NCBI GenBank assembly: GCA_965112735.1
Contig: OZ218963.1
Span: forward strand, 2,604,001 to 2,668,000
DNA from: Phaeosaccion multiseriatum
Taxonomy: Eukaryota; Protista; Ochrophyta, other classes
Direction: 5' to 3'
DNA: 64,000 nt
Positions within the stretch are counted from its first letter, which is position 1. Every line of letters begins with the position of its first letter. Shown piece by piece: positions 59,117 to 64,000 of the stretch. Below the pieces are notes generated by a model, which was given only the letters and a program-made list of their open reading frames with translations, was not told where the DNA came from and made no database searches. The position numbers were made by a program, and so were the translations under genes.

Positions 59117-62100
59117 TGTGCTAAGCTGAGATAGTAGAAACGTTAAGGGGTTTGGACTAAGTATATGCTGCGCCTATTGTAAGAAGGCATCCTTTTGCTA
59201 GGCTGGCAGCTATCCACTGAATATTCACGGGGGTAGCTGCCAGCCTAGCAAAAGGATGCCTTCTTACATGCCTGTCAGTTAAGGTCGATCCTTCCCCCCC
59301 CTTCGAAAACTCCTCCGAAAACCTTGGGGGGGTAACTACCTAGGACTTCTCCCACACCGAGCCCGTTACCTCGAATTTCAGTGTCATGCCCAACTTTCGC
59401 CCTCGGAAATTTTCTCACCATCCTCAGAATCGAACCCCGTCTGGGCATGTAAGAAAGCATCCTTTTGCTAGGCTGGCAGCTATCCACTGAATATTCACGG
59501 GGGTAGCTGCCAGCCTAGCAAAAGGATGTCTTCTTACATGCCCAGACGGGGTTCGATTCTGTGGATGGTGAGAAAATTTCCGAGGGCGAAAGGTGGGCAT
59601 GACACTGAAATTCGAGGTAACGGGCTCGGTGTGGGAGAAATCCTAGGTAGTTACCCCCCCAAGGTTTTATGTAAGAAGGCATCCTTTTGCTAGGCTGGCA
59701 GCTATCCATTGAATATTCACGGGGGTAGCTGCCAGCCTAGCAAAAGGATGCCTTCTTACATGCCTGTCAGTTAAGGTCGATCCTTCCCCCCCCTCCGAAA
59801 ACTCCTCCGAAAACCTTGGGGGGGCAACCACCTAGGATTTCTCCCACACCGAGCCCGTTACCTCGAATTTCAGTGTCATGCCCACCTTTCGCCCTCGGAA
59901 ATTTTCTCACCATCCACAGAATCGAACCCCGTCTGGGCATGTAAGAAGACATCCTTTTGCTAGGCTGGCAGCTATCCACTGAATATTCACGGGGGTAGCT
60001 GCCAGCCTAGCAAAAGGATGCCTTCTTACATGCCCAGACGGGGTTCGATTCTGTGGACGGTGAGAAATTTCCGAGGGCGAAAGTTGGGCATGACACTGAA
60101 ATTCACGGGCTCGGTGTGGGAGAAATCCTAGGTAGTTACCCCCCCAAGGTTTTCGGAGGAGTTTTCGGAGGGGGGGGAAGGATCGACCTTAACTGACAGG
60201 CATGTAAGAAGGCATCCTTTTGCTAGGCTGGCAGCTACCCCCGTGAATATTCAGTGGATAGCTGCCAGCCTAGCAAAAGGATGCCTTCTTACACTATGGT
60301 GGGGCGTCAGTGTCCGTATTGATAATATATCTCTACTACTTGCTGATGCAAAGCTTGTGCCCACAAAGAGGAGGGTGAAACGCCAGAGCCGTTGATCCCC
60401 CTCGGGGCGTGCCTAGGAAACCGACATTCTTATTATACCCCAGAATGTGTGACCGGAAACCCTCAGGCAGGACAATCTACCACACTACCCCCAAGCGACA
60501 GTTCGAGCCGACTGGGAAGTAAGTGTGTCTATCTAGTTTGTGTCCGCTTTCGTGTGCGCGCGGAGCGCGGCGGCTTAGTGGCCGATCGCGTCGTAGTCTT
60601 GCGCAGATAGGCTCGGACTGCGCTGATCAACTGCTTGTCCTGATGGTGCTGCAGGTAGGTCTCCAGTAAACGTGGAGTATCTTCGTGCAGCGCCTCGATG
60701 GGCTCCTCGCTATTCTCGAGGGCGTCAAAGCCACGCCACTTAACAATGACGTGCCATGAATCATCTGCGTGCTTAACGAGGCCTTCAAAGGCCTCCACCA
60801 CAAAGTCTTGGGTGTTATACGAAATCTGTTGAAGTACGTCGGTAGTGACGTTAACGTGAGCACCGCAGTAGTAGCGGAGCCGGCTGATGTGTACCTCATA
60901 GGTACGCTTCTTGCCCACAAGCTCCTCCACCTTGTACACGTGTTGCTCAAGGGCTTCAAGCACTCGGCAGGGCCCATGCCACTTGCCTAGTATCTTGCTT
61001 GTAGGCCCTACTGTTGCAACGAGTACGTAGACTCCGACCTGAAACAGCGTCTCGCTGTTGAGCTGCTTAGCTCTGGCCAAGTCCTGACGATGCTCTGCAC
61101 CACGTCTGCCACTCATCAACCTCTGGTTGATGCCATCGCGCTTGTGATCGCGGAGGGTAGTCAGTTGGCGCGCCGCCTCGGCACGCTGCCCCTCCTTCCT
61201 CTGATGGAGTTGTGTCGCAAGGGTGTCTCTCTGCGCCGGGGTCAGCTGCAGTAGCCGAACCTTTTGCATCCGATCCGCGTCGTGGATCAAAATCGTGTCG
61301 AGAGGCCGCTGTGGTACGTGACCACTGTGCAGCTGGATGGGAGACAAGTTAGACCGACTGCTCTTGTTGGAGCTGTTCTCAACAGCCTCCATCACTGGCA
61401 GTAGCTGCGGCCATGTCTCGGGCGGCTGCCGTAGTTCAGACATCATTGATTTCATGATCTTCTGCAGTGTCTGTACACCACGCTCGCCCAATCCTCGACT
61501 GTATGGGTTGTGTGCCACCACAAAGTGGTGGTTGCACCGCAAGAGCTGACTTAACTCACGTATCACCTCATTTAGGAAATGACTGCCTCGGTCACTCTGC
61601 CACCTGGGCACTACGCCATGCTGTGCGAACCAGCGCAACAGATCGCGTGCACACACTCGTGCAGTAGCTTCCAAACATGGCTCATACATTGACAATGATG
61701 AAAAATCATCAAAGATGCACAGCACTTGCTTGACCTGAAGCTTCATGAACCCTTCTGGGGACTCTGCCCATATGACTCCATCGCCAATCTTGACGAAGTC
61801 AAACCAGATGAGTTGCTGGGGTCCAGTGGCGTGCCATTGAGCTAGCAGGGGGCGAGGCACTCTCTCGCCCTTGCCGTTGGTGAGGCAGTGGAGACAGTTC
61901 TGAACGAGGCTGCGCACGTCCTTGTCTAGCGACTGCCAGATGAACTTCTCCTTAAGAGCACTCAGGGTGTTTGTCTCTCCCTGATGGCCCATCATACCCT
62001 GATGGCCAGTCACACACAGCCTCAGGTGCATGTCTTCCGCCTTGGCTCCCACCGAGGGAATTCAAATGCGGGTGCTGTCAGCGGGGTTGCTCGTCGGATG

Positions 62101-64000
62101 GCACGCTCGAATCAACCCGTCGTCGCCAACTGATGAGAGGAGCAGGCGGCGCCCGTTCTCTCCCACCTCCTTGCTAGCCTGCTGGAGCTCCTGAAGAGCG
62201 TCGGCCTGCAGACTGGCAATCTCAGTTGTGGAGGGCCAAGTGAAGTCGTCACACATAGTGTCAAACACTTGCATGGGTCCAAACTTGCCCAAGGCGAGCA
62301 CACTAGGGGTGAGGCTCACCGGGTGCGTGTACCGCCTGCTAATGGGGTCGGCCCAATCATGGAGATGACCAGGGAAGTGGACAATGACGTAGTCAAAGCT
62401 CTGAAGGCGCACGGCCTGACGCTGCAGCCTGTCCCTCATGGGCTTAGTCATGCCAGGGTACTTGCTGTCGTTGCTCATCATGAACGCCAAGTTGCGATGG
62501 TCGCAAAAGATGTGCACTTTCTGTGCCCCGACCAAAGCGTACTCGTTCTGGATCAAGCCTCGTAGTGTCGCGTCTCCTTCCTTGTCGATGGTGGCACGCC
62601 TCAGCTCTGCGCCTTCAAAGGCGCCTGAGCCGAAGGCCACCGGGATGTGGTTCATCTCATGTACCGGAAGGCACAGCTCTTTGGGGTCTATGTATGTAAT
62701 CATACATCCCCAGTAGAGGTCACTAGCATCTGGGAATACCAGTGCCAGTTTGGTTGGGTCTGGGTGCGACAGCACCGTGTTCTGTGCAAGAACGCGCTTG
62801 ATCTGGAAGAAAGCGTCGTCGTGCTCTGTGCCCCACCCCACAGAAGCCAATGGAATCGTCTTGGCCACTGCCTTGGAGCGCTTGTGCTGATGAGGCTTAG
62901 CGTTAGCCTGCCCGAGGGCTTTGTTCAATAGCGCGTTCAAAGGACCCACTAGCTTAGCGAAGTCCTTGATGTATCGATGAAACCACTGCAGGCTGCAGAG
63001 GAAAGTCATCAAATCTCCAGCCGTCTCTGGGGCCGCGAGACTGGTCAGGCCCTGCACTCTGGCGGGGTCATGTCGCGTGCCGCGTCGGTCGTGCACGCGG
63101 CCAAGGAACTTGAGCTCGCTACCGAAACGGAACGAGTTCAATCCTATCTTGATGTTGGCACTGTGGAGGCGCTTCATCGTCAATCGAGTGAGACTCACCA
63201 TCTCCTCTCCCACCTTTGCCCAGTACGCTACGTTGTCAATGTAGACGGCGTGGGTCTTGCACAACTCTTTGCGAAAGAGGTGGGTCATCTGGCCTTGGAC
63301 GTAAGCGCCCGAGTTCTTAGCCCCCTGGGGTACTCGAGTTGGCGTCACTTTGCCATTTGGGAATATATAGGTGTGAGCAACTTGGCTCAACTTGCCTAGT
63401 GGGAATTGCCAATACATGTCAACCCCATCTATCTCGATGAATCATAGGCAACCCAACATGGAGGCTACGGCGTCTTCAATGTTCATCATCCCAAAATCGA
63501 CCTTCTGTACCTTTTCATTGACTTCGCGAAAGTCGCAGACGATACGGTACTTGCCTGGCTTGCCGGGTTTGCCCACTGCAAACGCCGGGCTGCCATGAGC
63601 GCTCTGCGGGTTGCTATAACCCAGGCCTTTGTCTATCAACTTGTTGCAAAAGTCATTTACAAAAGCACCCTTTGCGCCTTGTTGCCTTATGGGGAGACGG
63701 GAGCTCGGTACCTTATTGGTAAACGTCACCTCCATTGGCTCTACGTTAGCGGGGCCGTCGCTAAAGAGCAACTCTTCCCGCCACACGTCGAACTCTAAGA
63801 GAGCTTCCATCATTGGCTCTCTCAGCTCCGCAGGGAAATCATGATCAGTGACTGCTTTGTCCACAATGGGACCTAGCACCTCTCTACGGCGTGCCTCAGA
63901 AGGGGGAACTCCCTCTGATGGCCCTTGAATAGTATCCGGTACACCTTCACACTCTTCACGGTCTTTATTATTAAGCGGTTGGCCGCCTATGGCGCTAACC
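59117..64000 (-). mobile_element. Clade 2 chromodomain Gypsy, degenerate: 3' LTR 59117-60484, integrase-chromodomain 60529-62052, RT-RNase H 62062-63879
   Basis: GHQG..CLHC, WQSDRGSHF, WHGP, VKWRGF; RVPQG, YIDN (YIDD mutated) and PDASD. Contains stops and frameshifts. Confidence 0.9.
59178..60293. mobile_element. Family B concatemer (5 hairpins, 4 alternating-orientation internal units), single TSD CTAT
   Basis: Hairpins at 59178-59268, 59448-59538, 59670-59760, 59940-60030 and 60203-60293. CTAT at 59174-59177 and 60294-60297. Confidence 0.92.

Noticed and set aside
59178-60293. CRISPR-like array of palindromic repeats
   Set aside because: The repeats are 91 bp, the 'spacers' are copies of one sequence, there are no cas genes, and the context is eukaryotic.

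Overview
This is eukaryotic, GC-rich DNA, probably from a photosynthetic stramenopile (inferred from a bipartite-type presequence on the spliced gene). About 90% of the window is nested LTR-retroelement sequence. Two host-like genes are present: a 7-exon PGP synthase (pgsA-like, minus strand, about 7.9-10.5 kb) and an intronless filamin-repeat/SGNH-like protein (29.7-31.6 kb). The retroelements are: (i) a Ty3/Gypsy chromovirus-like family ('Exo-Gypsy'; 3 long copies plus a 2.1-kb palindromic derivative) whose Pol has an intact DEDDy 3'-5' exonuclease fused between RNase H and integrase; (ii) a relative with a very long in-frame poly-Gly tract; (iii) 2.6-kb non-autonomous gag-like elements with a Tf1-style 11-nt self-priming site; (iv) a second chromodomain Gypsy clade; (v) two internally deleted Copia elements; (vi) a piggyBac-type MITE. 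The most striking signal is a set of tiny non-coding elements (families A-D). In A-C the terminal repeats are TG...CA palindromic hairpins (D has only short inverted ends), and in all four they are followed by a Pol III B-box-like motif. They insert with 4-bp TSDs like the resident Gypsy elements, and A and B occur as flip/flop isomers and head-to-head concatemers. This suggests an undescribed hairpin-primed, integrase-parasitising mobile system.
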